Source of the DNA: Octopus vulgaris
Lineage: Eukaryota
Assembly (NCBI GenBank): GCA_951406725.2
Contig: OX597818.1
Location: forward strand, 131,006,001-131,070,000
Direction of reading: 5' to 3'
DNA: 64,000 nt
The first letter of the stretch is position 1, and each line of letters starts with the position of its first letter. Made by a program: the position numbers and the translations under genes. The notes under the pieces were generated by a model. It ran no database searches, was not told the DNA's origin, and saw only the letters and a program-made list of their open reading frames with translations. This document shows positions 11,092-23,572 of the stretch, in pieces.

Positions 11092-11508
11092 TAGGCGCAG
11101 GAGTGGCTGTGTGGTAAGTAGCTTGCTAACCAACCACATGGTTTCTGGTTCAATCTCACTGCGTGGCATCTTGGGCAAGTGTCTTCTGCTATAGCCCCGG
11201 GCTGACCAATGCCTTGTGAGTGGATTTGGTAGACGGAAACTGAAAGAAGCCTGTCGTATATATATATGTATATGTGTGTGTGTGTGTGTGTTTGTGTGTC
11301 TGTGTTTGTCTCCCTAGCATTGCTTGACAACCGATGGTGGTGTGTTTACATCCCCGTCACTTAGCGGTTCGGCAAAAGAGACCGACAGAATAAGTACTGG
11401 GCTTACAAAGAATAAGTCCCGGGGTCGATTTGCTCGACTAAAGGCCGTGCTCCAGCATGGTCGCAGTCAAATGACTGAAACAAGTAAAAGAGTAAAAGAG
11501 TAAAAGAG
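11092..11508 (+). mobile_element. SINE family A, full length
   Basis: Complete head to (GTAAAAGA)n tail. Confidence 0.92.
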
Positions 11509-12184
11509 AATATAAATCTAGAGCTCATAAGCCACGGTTTGAGACAGTGAAAAGAGTAACAAGCTGATTTAATAAGATTCAAACTACCAATCTACTGACT
11601 AAAATCCAGAAGCTAGAGAAACCGGTAATGGTTTAACAATAATTATTTTCCAGAGGAGTGTTCTTAGAAGTGGTGAGTTTAGTTCAACTGTCAGGAGCAG
11701 TGAGTTTGCTAATAATATTTTGGGCTATTTTCTTTCTTTTAATCTGAGAATGAAGAGGAGAAAGAGAGCAAGAGAAAGTGAGAGAGAGGAGATAGGGAGA
11801 GAGAGACAGAGAGAGAATGTAGTGCTCTTGCTTGAGTTTTCAGACAGATATTACAAATAAATAAATAATAAAAATATCAGGTGAAAACACCATTTTCTCA
11901 CTCCTTGTTAATTATCTATGGCTTTTCAAGTAATTACCTCACAGATTATACTACACAGTTCATGCCATTTTCTGCCATCAAAATGAAATAATATAAATAT
12001 TTACAATACTAAATTATCATTTACATTAAAATTGTAACCTTTTATTAATCTACATATATTATGTGGATATATGTATCATTCTCAACCTTCTCATCATCAT
12101 CATCTTTATTTTCATCATTTTAATGTCTATTTTACCATGCTTGCATGAGCTGGGTAAACAGATAGTAGTTTTTTTTTTTTTAAA

Positions 12185-12416
12185 GGCAGCGAGCTGGCAG
12201 AAACGTTAGCACGCCAAGTGAAATACTTTGCGGTATTTCGTCTGCCGTTACGTTCTGAGTTCAAATTCCGCCAAGGTCAACTTTGCCTTTCATCCTTTCG
12301 GGTTCGATAAATTAAAGTACCAGTTACGCACTGGGGTCGATGTAATCGACTTAATACCTATGTCTGTCCTTGTTTGTCCCCTCTATGTTTAGCCCCTTGT
12401 GGGTAATAAAGAAATA
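12185..12416 (+). mobile_element. SINE family B
   Basis: Full length, flanked by the direct repeat AGATAGTAGTTTTTTTTTT. Confidence 0.9.
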
Positions 12417-12818
12417 GATAGTAGTTTTTTTTTTTGTTTGTTTGTTTTTCACGGCTGGATGCCTTTCCTGTTATCAACAACACTAATTTCAAAGGGAAGT
12501 AATATTACCCCAGTCCTTCAAACAACAAACAGCCTGAGAATATTTTATACAGAGAACTAGAAACTAACAACACCTTTTCCAGTACAACGATTAGTGATAG
12601 GAAGTGCATCAAGCTAGAAAAACAATCCCAGAGTTGACACTGCGAATTGACGCAGCCCTGTGGCTCACCGGTTTCTGTCAAACCGTTCAATATATGCCAG
12701 CATGGAAAAAAGACATTAAATGATAATCACAACGATGATGATGATGGGCAACATGTCAAGACATGCTTTTGTGGTAGACTGCAAGCAACCAACACAGTCA
12801 AGAAGCTAATGTTTAGAG

Positions 12819-13037
12819 CTGTGCTTTTCAAACTTTTTGCTGGAGTGGAACCCCAAGGAAACATTCCACCGGCTCGGGGAACCCCTGTGCAATAATTTAA
12901 TAGTCTTATGCACACATATCTGCACAGGAGAATTAAAAATTACTGCTGATTTTAGCAGTTTTGTAACTTCTTGCGGAACCCCTGGACTGTACTGGTGGAA
13001 CCCTAAGGTTCCGCAGAACCCTGGTTGAAAACCACTG
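12819..13037. mobile_element. non-autonomous hAT (Charlie-like) element
   Basis: TIRs CTGTGCTTTTCAA / TTGAAAACCACTG. Exact 8-bp TSD GTTTAGAG at 12811-12818 and 13038-13045. Repeated GGAACCC subterminal motifs. Confidence 0.85.
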
Positions 13038-13127
13038 GTTTAGAGAATGTTAAAAGCAAGAGAAATACAATCTCATTCACACACACATGAGCATGCATAC
13101 ATTTAAGCATATATATATATATATATA

Positions 13128-13508
13128 CTAGCAGTATCGCCCGGCGTTGCTCAGGTTTGTAAGGGAAATAACTATAAAGCATTTTTAGAGAGTTATAGTC
13201 AAAAAATAGAAAAAAATGGGAAAAAAATGATGGTAAATTTTTTTTGAGAGTTAAAAAGGTGGAGTTGCGTCCCCTAGACGGTCTGTGGTTTGTGTTTCTG
13301 ATTCTCGACCCCATGTCGAATTTATCGATTTTTTTCAGAACTGGGGGAACTTTTCAAAATTTTCGCTGCGTTAGTTTTGAATTATGACATTGGGCTATGT
13401 GTGTGTCAAGTTTCATCAGAATCAGTTGAAAGCCGTGGTCAGAGTGAGGGTACGAGAAAACAGACACACAGAAAACGCACAGACAAACTGCCGTTTATAT
13501 AGAGAGAG

Positions 13509-13509
<1 letters not shown>
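13128..13509 (-). mobile_element. non-autonomous Helitron-like element
   Basis: Reverse strand starts TC.. and ends CTAG, preceded by a GC-rich hairpin (CCTGAGCAACGCCGGG). Internal AAGTTTCATCAGAATC and ACAGACA motifs. No TSD or TIR. Confidence 0.6.
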
Positions 13510-13541
<32 letters not shown>

Positions 13542-13569
13542 AAAACACACACACACACACATATATATT

Positions 13570-13750
13570 ATTCTCTTACTTGTTTCGGTCATTTGACTGC
13601 AGCCATGCTGGAACACCACCTTTAGTCAAGGAGTTATTCATTGTAAGCTTATTCTATTGGTCTCTTTTGCCGAACTGCTAAGTTACGGAGATGTAAACAC
13701 ACCAACATCAGTTGTCAAGCAATGACAGGGTGACAAACACAGACACACAA

Positions 13751-13783
<33 letters not shown>

Positions 13784-13967
13784 TATGTCATATATATATA
13801 TATATATATGTGATGGGCTTCTTTCAGTTTCTGTCTACGAAATCCACTCACTAGGCTTTGGTTGGCCCGAGGCTATAGCAGAAGATACTTGCCCAAGGTG
13901 CTATGCACTGCGACTCAACCTGGAACCATGAGGTTGTGAAGCAAGCTTCTAATCATACAGCCACTCC

Positions 13968-13970
<3 letters not shown>
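13570..13970 (-). mobile_element. SINE family A
   Basis: Matches the consensus, moderately diverged. Confidence 0.85.
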
Positions 13971-14004
<34 letters not shown>

Positions 14005-14133
14005 CTTACTTGGAGAAAAGAAAAGAAACAAAACAAAACGACGTGAGGGCGCTCAGTCATACAATAATTTAATAAATAAAATATATGCATACATACATAT
14101 ATGTACGTACCTACATCTATATGTATATATACA

Positions 14134-14177
<44 letters not shown>

Positions 14178-14324
14178 TACAGGACACCACAAATAAACGT
14201 AGAGCTCAACGAGAAACGAAAACATAAAAACAAACTAGGAAACGGACTTTTTTTAACAACGAAAAAACAGAGTACAAGACAAACAATACAAGGAATATTC
14301 CCCTATATATTTTCTTTATTAAAT

Positions 14325-14396
<72 letters not shown>

Positions 14397-14443
14397 GCCT
14401 TTGTTACTTCAGTACCTTGATTTTATTGGATTCTGGAAATTTC

Positions 14444-14484
<41 letters not shown>

Positions 14485-15391
14485 GGTGCAGGAGTGGCTG
14501 TACAGTTCTGGGTTCAGTCCCACAACATGGCACCTTAGAAAAGTGTCTACATTACTCCCAAGTTATGGCTTATTTGGTGCTGGTGGTGGTGGTGGTGGCA
14601 GCAGTTGAGGTGAGAATGGTAGAAGACACTCACACAAAATGCAACTGGAAATAAAGTGGTGCTAATTAAAAAATTCTCAACACATGTTCATACTTACTGC
14701 AGTGGTTCAAATCACCAGGATGCTCAGCAATGTCCATCTTAAATGCTATATTTTTATCTTTTGTCTTTCTTTTTTTTAAATCAACCAAGTATGCTTAGAC
14801 AAAACGTCTAACACATAATTTCTAAAGAGTTGTTTGGTATATTGTGTATAATAGCTTTTAAATATAATTTCTTCAAGCCTTATAAAGGTTTCATATTTAC
14901 TTGTAGCTGCTTTCTACTATAGAAACTTGAGATATTCTCAGCAGAAAAATAACATATCTTGAAGCAATAAGATAAGCCACTGAACTCAAGACAAAGAGTT
15001 AATCTCAAGAGGCGTAAGAACAAATACCACCTCCAAAATTTTCAGAATGGTTGCCTATAATCTAAGAACCAATCAAAGAAATGGTGGAATATCATATGAC
15101 AAATGTTTATTAAAGATTTTAAATCCTCTATAGAGTAGCCAATTTTCCTTGAAGACAAACTTCTTGCAAACAAAAAAGAAAATAATAAAAATAAGTAAAT
15201 GAATATATTAAAAAAATTTAAATTAATATTAAAATATATAATAGAATAAACTCAGAATCGTCTGTATGGATGATGTTGAATTTTTTTTTTTGTTTCGAAT
15301 ATAAATACATTTTACTATCTTAGCATTGTGAATTTTCTGCTTTCTTTGCAGAAGCCATACACATCTTCTTTTTCTTCTTCTTCTTCTTCTT

Positions 15392-15461
<70 letters not shown>

Positions 15462-15589
15462 GGGTGTTACTTTGACTATAGATATATAATTAAAAATTAT
15501 ATGCTACAACCAGAAACAGAAATTATTGCCATCGTGGTCATCCTCCTCCACCTCCTTATCATCATCATCACCATTACTTCCATTTTATG

Positions 15590-16640
15590 TTCGTCTTTTT
15601 TTTTATACCTGCATTGGTTAGATGTGTCTTCTTCAGTACAGCATCACCCTGCTTATTGTGTTCCCTTATAATTTCTTTGATGATGTTCAGCTTCCTGAGA
15701 TCTACTTTCATCATTTCTCCCCAAGTAATCTTGTTCTTCCTTTTCTAGAAATACAACTGACCTGGCTTGCTTAACATGTTTTTTTATCCAACTAACATAC
15801 TCCCAACACATTTTTTATTTTTTAAATTTTATTTTATCTAGTTTCAGCTCACGAGCTGTGGCCATGCTGGGGCACCGCCATTTATATATTTGAACCAATT
15901 TAGCCTTCTTTTTTTTCACACTTCATATAATTTTTTTTATTCTTTACTCTTTTACTCTTTTACTTGTTTCAGTCATTTGACTGCGGCCATGCTGGAGCAC
16001 CGCCTTTAATCGAGCAACTCGACCCCGGGACTTAGTCTTTAGCAAGCCCAGTACTTATTCTATCGGTCTCTTTTGCCAAACTGCTAGGTAACAGGGACAT
16101 AAACACACCAGCATCGGTTGCCAAGCAATGCTAGAGGGACAAACACAGACACACTAACACACACACATACATATATATACATATATACGACGGGCTTCTT
16201 TCAGTTTCTGTCTACCAAATCCACTCACAAGGCTTTGGTCGGCCCGAGGCTATAGTAGAAGACACTTGCCCAAGGTGCCACGCAGTGGGACTGAACCCAG
16301 GACCATGTGGTTGGTAAACATGCTACTTACCACACAGCCACTCCTGCGCCTATATATATCCAATTTTTTCTCCCATTCATCTCACTCATTTCTGCTCCAC
16401 TGTTTTAACACTATGCATCTAAAAAGCATGCTTACCTCATTTTTTTTCTCTAGCCTTCACACATCCTGAGCATTCAATAATCACACAGTGGTATCATATA
16501 GCACAGTACTGTATATACATGCATCATACAAACTGCTCATCACTGAGGGAGAGGAAGAAAATCCTCCTCTTTCAAGCTGAGATTAACGGCCTCCTAGATA
16601 TTTTTTCCACCTTCTTTCTTCCTCTGGTTATTGTGCTGTT
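15590..16640 (-). pseudogene. decayed RTE-clade LINE 3' part, split by a family A SINE
   Basis: Reverse-strand remnants LYDACIYSTVLY..DV*RLEK..VSML and WGEMMKVDLRKL resemble the post-RT region of RTE elements. Many stops and frameshifts. Confidence 0.6.
15940..16351 (-). mobile_element. SINE family A, full length
   Basis: Matches the consensus. Confidence 0.92.
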
Positions 16641-16829
16641 GAAACAGCCATTTCTTCTGCTTGTTATGTTTCCTCTTTCTACTCTTTACAAATACAGAGT
16701 TCAAATTCTGTTGAGGTCAATTTTGCCTCTCATCTTTTCAGGGACAATAAAGTAAATACCAGTTGAGCATTGGGGCCAAATGTAATTGACCAGCCCCTCT
16801 CACAAAAATTTCAGGTCTTGTGCCCATAG

Positions 16830-17545
16830 TCTTGACATAAAAGACTAAGGCCAAGTGCTCCTATTTCCTTAGTCAATGAAAGAAGAGTGTTCCTTAAGCC
16901 ACCCAGAAACACAGCAAGAATAACTACATCATCAGCAAAATTTAGGCCTGTAATCCTAGTTACATCAATGAGTGTACGACAACTTGACTGAGCAACCATT
17001 CTGCAAAGTATCCATTTCGTGTAGATATTGGTTTCAAATTTTGGCACAAGGCTAGCAGTTTTGGGGGTTGGAATAAGTCGATTACATTGACCCCCAGTGC
17101 CAACTAGTTCTTATTTTATCAACCTCAAAAGAATGAAAGGCGAAGTCGACCTTGGCAGAATTTGAATGCAGACTGTAAAGACGGACAAAGTGCTGCTAAG
17201 CATTTTAATCAGTGTGCTATCGACTCTACCAGCTCACTGCCTTAGATAATGAGAGCCAAAACACAACCTTGCTGGATCCCTGTTCTAACTGAGAAAAAGT
17301 CAGATGCTGAGCCTCCAACTACTCTGACTGTTCTGCTGTACTAGGCCTTTCTCAGCCCAATCAGTTGATGAGGTATACCTCACAGCTGTAGAATCCTCCA
17401 AAGTATATCCCTGTCCACTGAGTCAAATGTCTTGCAAAGTTTGACTTAGGCTGCAAGCAGTTCTTGCTGAAAGCTCCACTTGTGTTCAATGAGTACACAA
17501 AGAGCCAGAATCCAGTTACTTTCAAGGAAGTATGATTTGATTTCA
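16830..17545 (-). pseudogene. RTE-like reverse transcriptase fragment interrupted by a family B SINE
   Basis: DFFSVRTGIQQGCV (about 17260-17302) and ITGLNFADDVVILA..ALGL (about 16850-16960) are RT motifs. Confidence 0.7.
17030..17243 (-). mobile_element. SINE family B (older subfamily)
   Basis: GAATGAAAGGCGAAGTCGACCTTGGCAGAATTTGAA core. Confidence 0.75.
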
Positions 17546-17552
17546 TCTACTA

Positions 17553-17868
17553 TCATCATCATCATCATCATCATCATTTAGCATCCGTTTTCCATGCTAG
17601 CTTGGGTTGGACGGTTCAACTGGGGTCTGTGAAGCCAGAAGGCTGCACCAGGCTCCAGTCTGATCTGGCAGTGTTTCTACGGCTGGATGCCCTTCCTAAT
17701 GCCAACCACTCCGTGAGTGTAGTGGGTGCTTTTTACGTGCCACCCGCACAGGTGCCAGACAGAGCTGGCAAACGGCGACAAACGGATGGTGCTTTTTATG
17801 TGCCACCGGCACGGGGGCCAGGCAAGGCTGGCAATGGACACGAACGGATGGTGCTTTTTACGTGCCAC
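17553..17868 (-). mobile_element. family D SINE tail with internal tandem units
   Basis: (CAT)n, GGATGCCCTTCCTAA, three GGTGCTTTT.ACGTGCCAC-like units. Confidence 0.8.
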
Positions 17869-18047
17869 TAATTGTTTCTGATATATAAGTTGTTGTGAAC
17901 AGATGTATTCATCTCCTCAACCTCTCTTTGACCCAGTGGAACATTGAGGATATGGCAATGAAACATTGAAGATGTAACAACAGGAGAAGGAAAGGGCTGT
18001 ACCAGCACTAGATTGGTATGTCTTTTCAGGGCGAGCTCGCAGAATAC

Positions 18048-18678
18048 GGCAGCGAGCTGGCAGAATTTTTATAGGAGCACTCCGTCGGTTGCGACGATGA
18101 GGGTCCCAGCTGATACGATCAACAGAACAGCTTGCTCGTGATATTAACGTGCAAGTGGCTGAGCACACCACAGACACGTGTACCCTTAACGTAGTTCTTA
18201 AGGAGATTCAGCATGACACAGAGTGTGACAAGGCCGGCCCTTTGAAATACAGGTACAAGAGAAACAGGAAGAAAGAGCAAGAGAAAGTTGTGGTGAAAGA
18301 GTACAGCAGGGTTCACCACCACCCCCTGCCGGAGCCTCGTGGAGCTTTAGGTGTTTTCGCTCAATAAACACTCACAATGCCCGGTCTGGGAATCGAAACC
18401 GCGATCCTACAACCGCGAGTCCGCTGCCCTAACCACTGGGCCATTGCACCTCCACACGGCAGAATTGTTAGCATGCTGGGCGAAATGCTTAGCAGTAGTT
18501 CGTCTGCCGCTACGTTCTGAGTTCAAATTCCGCCGAGGTCAACTTTGCCTTTCATCCTTTCAGGGTCGATTAAATAAGTACCAGTTACGCACTGGGGTCG
18601 ATGTAATCGACTTAATCCGTTTGTCTGTCCTTGTTTGTCCTCTCTGTATTTAGCCCCTTGTGGGTAGTAAAGAAATAG
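18048..18678 (+). mobile_element. family B SINE interrupted by a family C SINE
   Basis: Head at 18048-18067, body at 18458-18678. Flanking direct repeat GGTATGTCTTT. Confidence 0.8.
18073..18456 (-). mobile_element. SINE family C, full length
   Basis: 9-bp TSD GGCAGAATT at 18059-18067 and 18458-18466. Confidence 0.9.
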
Positions 18679-19001
18679 GTATGTCTTTCCAGTTGAGTAC
18701 ATAGGAGCAATATGAAATGAAGTACCCTAGTTCAAGAACAGAATGCTCAGCACAGTCCAAGAATTAAACCTACAAATTCATGATTATGAACTCAAGAAGA
18801 CTACAATTTTATTCTGTGTGGATGACAGTAAAAGGTTTAGATAATTCTGTCTGAAGAAAAAACAAAGGCTTTCCAAAAGAAAATTTATTTGTGCAAATTT
18901 AGCATCATATCAGCTTTCTGTTCCAGAAGAATTTTCCAAAGAAGAAATTTGATAACATAAAAAATTCTATACTTCTTTATTTCTCTTGCCCTTATGTATC
19001 T

Positions 19002-19042
<41 letters not shown>

Positions 19043-19795
19043 TGTGTGTGTGTGAGTGTGTGATTGTATGAGTGAGTGTGTGTGTGTTTGTGTGTGTGTG
19101 TGTGAGTGTGTGTGTGTGTGTATGTGTGTTTGTGTGTGTGTGTGTTCTTTATTTCATTGCTACTCATTCTCTGTTTCAAGAATTCTAGATTAAGCATATT
19201 AAGACAGTCTATTGAGAAAAAGCAAAGAATTTCCACTATAAATTTTGAACAAAAGTAAACATGACGAAAATGCAATGTTTTCCAGAGAAAATATTATATC
19301 TCATCTCAGACTATTCTTGAATAAATTAAAATTTTAAGCATTGATTTTTATTTTCGTGAATAAAATTTTTAAAATAATAATAATAATAATAAAAATAAAA
19401 ATAGAATATGAAATGCATTTTCTTGTGGTCCAATCATATTATCTGAGAATACTAAAATATTTGAAAATATTTTTCACAAGATGTTATATTCACAAAATAT
19501 TTATTCATTTTTACTTTTTTGAAGATGGGTAGGGGGTAGGACAGAGAATTCGTATCCTAGTCATTAGTAAATGCTACAAATTTTCCAAGGAAGAGGGTAG
19601 GCTTTTGAAATGACTGCACTAAATGATTGGTAGCTATTTAATTGACCCCAGAAGGAGGAAAAGTGAAGAGAACCTCATCAGATTGAGATCCCTTTTACAA
19701 AGAACTTTAGTAACACACATATGCATATATACATGCGTATACATGTATATGTACACATATATGTATATGCATTCTCCATTTTCATTTTTATAAAT

Positions 19796-19831
<36 letters not shown>

Positions 19832-19844
19832 CATACACATATTA

Positions 19845-20051
19845 GCTTCAAAGTTTGGCACAAGGCCAGCAATTTCATGGGATGGTATAAGTCAATTATA
19901 TTAATCCCACTGCTCAACTGATACTTATTTTATCAACCCCAAAAGGATGAAAGGCAAAGTTGACCTCAGTGTAATTTGAACTCACATCATAAAGGCAGGC
20001 AAAATATTGCAAAGCACTTTGCCTGGTGCACTAATGATTCTGCCGGCTCAC

Positions 20052-20052
<1 letters not shown>
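19845..20052 (-). mobile_element. SINE family B (older)
   Basis: AAGGATGAAAGGCAAAGTTGACCTC core. Confidence 0.75.
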
Positions 20053-20122
<70 letters not shown>

Positions 20123-20126
<4 letters not shown>

Positions 20127-20353
20127 TCATCATCATCATCATCATCATCATCGTTTAACGTCCGTTTTCCGCGCTAGCACGGGTTGGACGGTTTCGACCG
20201 GGGTCTGGGGAGCTCGGGACTGCCCCAGGCTCCAGTCTAGTCTGGCAGTGTTTCTACAGCTGGATGCCCTTCCTAACGCCAACCACTCCACGAGTGTAGT
20301 GGGTGTTTTTTACGTGCCACCTGCACAGGTGCCAGAGGGGTCTGGCATCGGCC

Positions 20354-20390
<37 letters not shown>

Positions 20391-20545
20391 ATACATAGCA
20401 GTTTCCATCTACCAGATCCACTCACAGAGCTTTGGTTGACCCAAGGCTGTAGTAGAAGACACTTTCCCAAGTTTCCATGCAGTGGAACTGAATCTGGAAC
20501 CATGCTGCTGGGAAGTAAACTTATTACCACATAGTCATTCCTACA
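20123..20545 (-). mobile_element. family A head + (TA)n + family D tail
   Basis: D tail at 20123-20357 and A head at 20395-20545, same orientation. Confidence 0.7.
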
Positions 20546-20547
20546 CA

Positions 20548-20626
<79 letters not shown>

Positions 20627-20679
20627 TTATTTATCTATCTATCTAGCTAGCTATCTATCTCCATATATATATATAAAGT

Positions 20680-20821
20680 AAAAAGGAGGCAGCCAGAATT
20701 TTGGATAATTCTTTATAAGCGCTTTCATTCATTTAACAAAACCCTTTTATCTTGAAGAGTTTAGTTAAACAAACAAAAACACTAATAAAGTATTATCCAA
20801 AATTCTGACTCCCTCCTTTTT
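20680..20821. repeat. fold-back inverted repeat with decayed hammerhead motifs
   Basis: AGAATTTTGGATAAT / ATTATCCAAAATTCT arms. Plus arm TTTAT-CTTGAAGA-GTTT..AAAC-AAAA-ACAC-TA-ATAAA; mirror arm keeps GAAA-GCGC-TTA. Confidence 0.7.
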
Positions 20822-20885
20822 CTTAATATACAATGTCTGTACACTACTTCAAACACTCTATATATATACATAATATATATATATA

Positions 20886-20991
<106 letters not shown>

Positions 20992-21067
20992 TCGCCATGT
21001 TGATTCACTAGCTTCTGCACGCATTTTTTTTCTCTCCTTGTTTCTCTCCGTGTTTCTTTTCTGTGTA

Positions 21068-21105
21068 TCTTTCTGTTGAAGAGCATAGGCTCGAAACGTA
21101 AAAGA
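21068..21105 (+). ncRNA. variant minimal hammerhead motif in a Penelope-like repeat (20990-21203)
   Basis: TCTTT-CTGTTGA-A-GAGC-ATAG-GCTC-GAAA-CG-TA-AAAGA. Confidence 0.65.
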
Positions 21106-21222
21106 CTTGTTTTATTTATATTCCTGAGCGCCATACTAATACAATTGTTTGTTTGTATTCCACCTGCCTTCGTCTTTTGTTTATTTTCATGAAGCTTCCC
21201 CTTATATATATATGTATATATA

Positions 21223-21278
<56 letters not shown>

Positions 21279-21384
21279 TGTCTTTTAGTGGTTTCAGCCC
21301 ATAGCTGAGGTCATGCTGTTGAAATATACAGAAATATTATTATTTCTAAATCTTTCTAAAGCAGATTACGGCTGTAGTACTGGG

Positions 21385-21584
21385 TATTAATAGTTATCGC
21401 CAAGTTAACATGGCAGTCCAGAAAAATAGGATGAATGCTGCCATTGATTAGCTACAACAGGCCATTGCTTCTAGCTAGCTCTGTGACACACAAACCTGTG
21501 TCCATTACAACCAGTTCGAGCTAATCAACTGCAGCATTTGTCCTACTTTTCTGGACTACCATGTTAGCATGGCGATAACTATTA

Positions 21585-21587
<3 letters not shown>
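21385..21587. repeat. fold-back inverted repeat (~70 bp arms, ~60 bp spacer)
   Basis: ATTAATAGTTATCGCCA...TTGATTAGCT mirrors AGCTAATCAA...TGGCGATAACTATTAAT. Confidence 0.9.
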
Positions 21588-21641
<54 letters not shown>

Positions 21642-21733
21642 GATAAAGGGTGAAATATAATTAATTTAATAAAACAAATAAATTTCACCTAGTAGTATTT
21701 TGGTATGGAAAAGGACCATATTCGGTAAACATT

Positions 21734-21924
21734 TATATAATTATAATAATAAGGGTTTTTGCAACAAGTTGCTTAAACCAACTACCGAAAATATTAGAAA
21801 TAGCAGTCAAAGGACTACTATTTCTTTTAAAAGAAATAGTAGTCCTTTGACTGCTATTTCTAATATTTTTGGTATGTGGTTTAAGCAACTTGTTGCAAAA
21901 AACCTTTATTATTATAATTATATA
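21734..21924. repeat. near-perfect loopless palindrome (~95 bp arms)
   Basis: ...GAAATAGCAGTCAAAGGACTACTATTTCTTTT|AAAAGAAATAGTAGTCCTTTGACTGCTATTTC... Confidence 0.92.
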
Positions 21925-22229
21925 TATATATGTATATATATGTGTGTGTGTATAACATATATATAAGTATGCATGTATATGTAAGCCTACCTAAGCAGCT
22001 GTTTCTTTGTTGCTGTATTACATACACCACCATGTCACAGTTTATGACTTCTTTACAAAAACACCTCACAACCACAAAAAATATCACAACAAAACCTGGC
22101 ACAACATGGTTGTGCAAGTTTCAATGATTTATTTAAGCAAAAGAATGTCACATCAAAACACATGTAATAATAATAAGACATATCACAGGAAAAACTATGC
22201 TACATTCAGTTAAGAATTATGTCACAATA

Positions 22230-22612
22230 GTGGAGGCACAATGGCCCAGTTGTTAGGGCAGCGGACTCGCAGTCATAGGATCGTGGTTTCGATTCCCAGA
22301 CCGGGCGTTGTGAGTGTTTATTGAGCGAAAACACCTAAAAGCTCCACGAGGCTCCGGCAGGGGATGGTGGTGATCCCTGCTGTACTCTTTCACCACAACT
22401 TTCTCTCACTCTTACTTCCTGTTTCTGTTGTACCTGTATTTCAAAGGGCCAGCCTTGTCACTCTCTGTGTCACGCTGAATATCCCCGAGAACTACGTTAA
22501 GGGTACATGTGTCTGTGGAGTGCTCAGCCACTTACACGTTAATTTCACGAGCAGGCTGTTCCGTTGATCGGATCAACCAGAAACCTTGTCGTTGTAACCA
22601 ACGGAGTGCTTC
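22230..22612 (+). mobile_element. SINE family C, full length (tRNA-Arg-like head)
   Basis: A-box-like TGGCCCAGTTG, GGACTCGC loop, B box GTTTCGATTCCC. TSD TA(T/C)GTCACAATA. Confidence 0.9.
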
Positions 22613-23384
22613 CTTCTACGTCACAATAAATGAACATGTCACAACAGAAAACCTGTTACATAAAAAGACATGTCCAGAACAAAACATAGCACAGTAATGT
22701 GTACATTATAGGTTACACAACATTCAAATAGCAAAATCCACTGATGTACAAACAAGTTCCACATATGGTATGAGACATGCAAACCTTTCTCCAGAACTTT
22801 ATCAACATCAAGCAGAAATGTAAACCAGCCTATAGACTCTCTTGCTCTACAAAACCTGGTAAAACCAGAATAATTCCAGATTTGATTAAATTTCTTTGTT
22901 TCTGTGGTATTTCTCTTTTTGTGCTTTCATACAAAAAAAAATTAGTAGATAAAATAAAATGAAATAAGCTGGTAGAAATTCATTTCAAATAAAATTCCAA
23001 TTCTAAAGAAATTGATTGATGATTCATTAAAAATTGGTAATGCAGGAAGACTTACTTTGGAATAATAAAAAGAAATGAAAAATTATTATATAAAAAAAAA
23101 ATTATAATGAATCACTATTTAAATTAATAAATTTAGCTAGATTTTTAATAGTATTTGAAATTGACTACACAAATTAGGATTCTTCTTTTTTCTTTTATTG
23201 TAAATTCTATAATGTAATAATTTCATTATGATATATCTAAAAATATTACGAAACAATAAGGAAACCTCTATGTGGATGCTATACTCATGCTATCAATAAA
23301 AGGGTTTCGTAAACCAGAAATATCAGACGATATGTCTTTTGCTAGTTGCAACCTTTATGAGGCTTGCCCCACATATTCTAGATG

Positions 23385-23572
23385 TTCTTTGAAAATTAGG
23401 TTGTTTGAGTCCACAGTAGAGTCAGTTTTGCTATACGGTGCCAAAACTTGGATCCTCACCAAAAAGCTTGAAAAACAAAGACGGCTGCTACACAAGTATG
23501 TTAAGAATGGCTTTGAAAGTTTTGCGGAGAGCTCATTTAACCAATGAACAGCTTTATCAAGATCTCCCCAAA
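23385..23572 (+). pseudogene. RTE-like LINE fragment (post-RT domain)
   Basis: LKIRLFESTVESVLLYGAKTWILTKKLEK / DGCYTSMLRMALKV..AHLTNEQLYQDLPK across one frameshift. Confidence 0.75.

Noticed and set aside
11092-11170. tRNA-like sequences at SINE heads (also 22230, 35825)
   Set aside because: A/B boxes are present, but there is no complete cloverleaf and they run into SINE bodies. Not tRNA genes.
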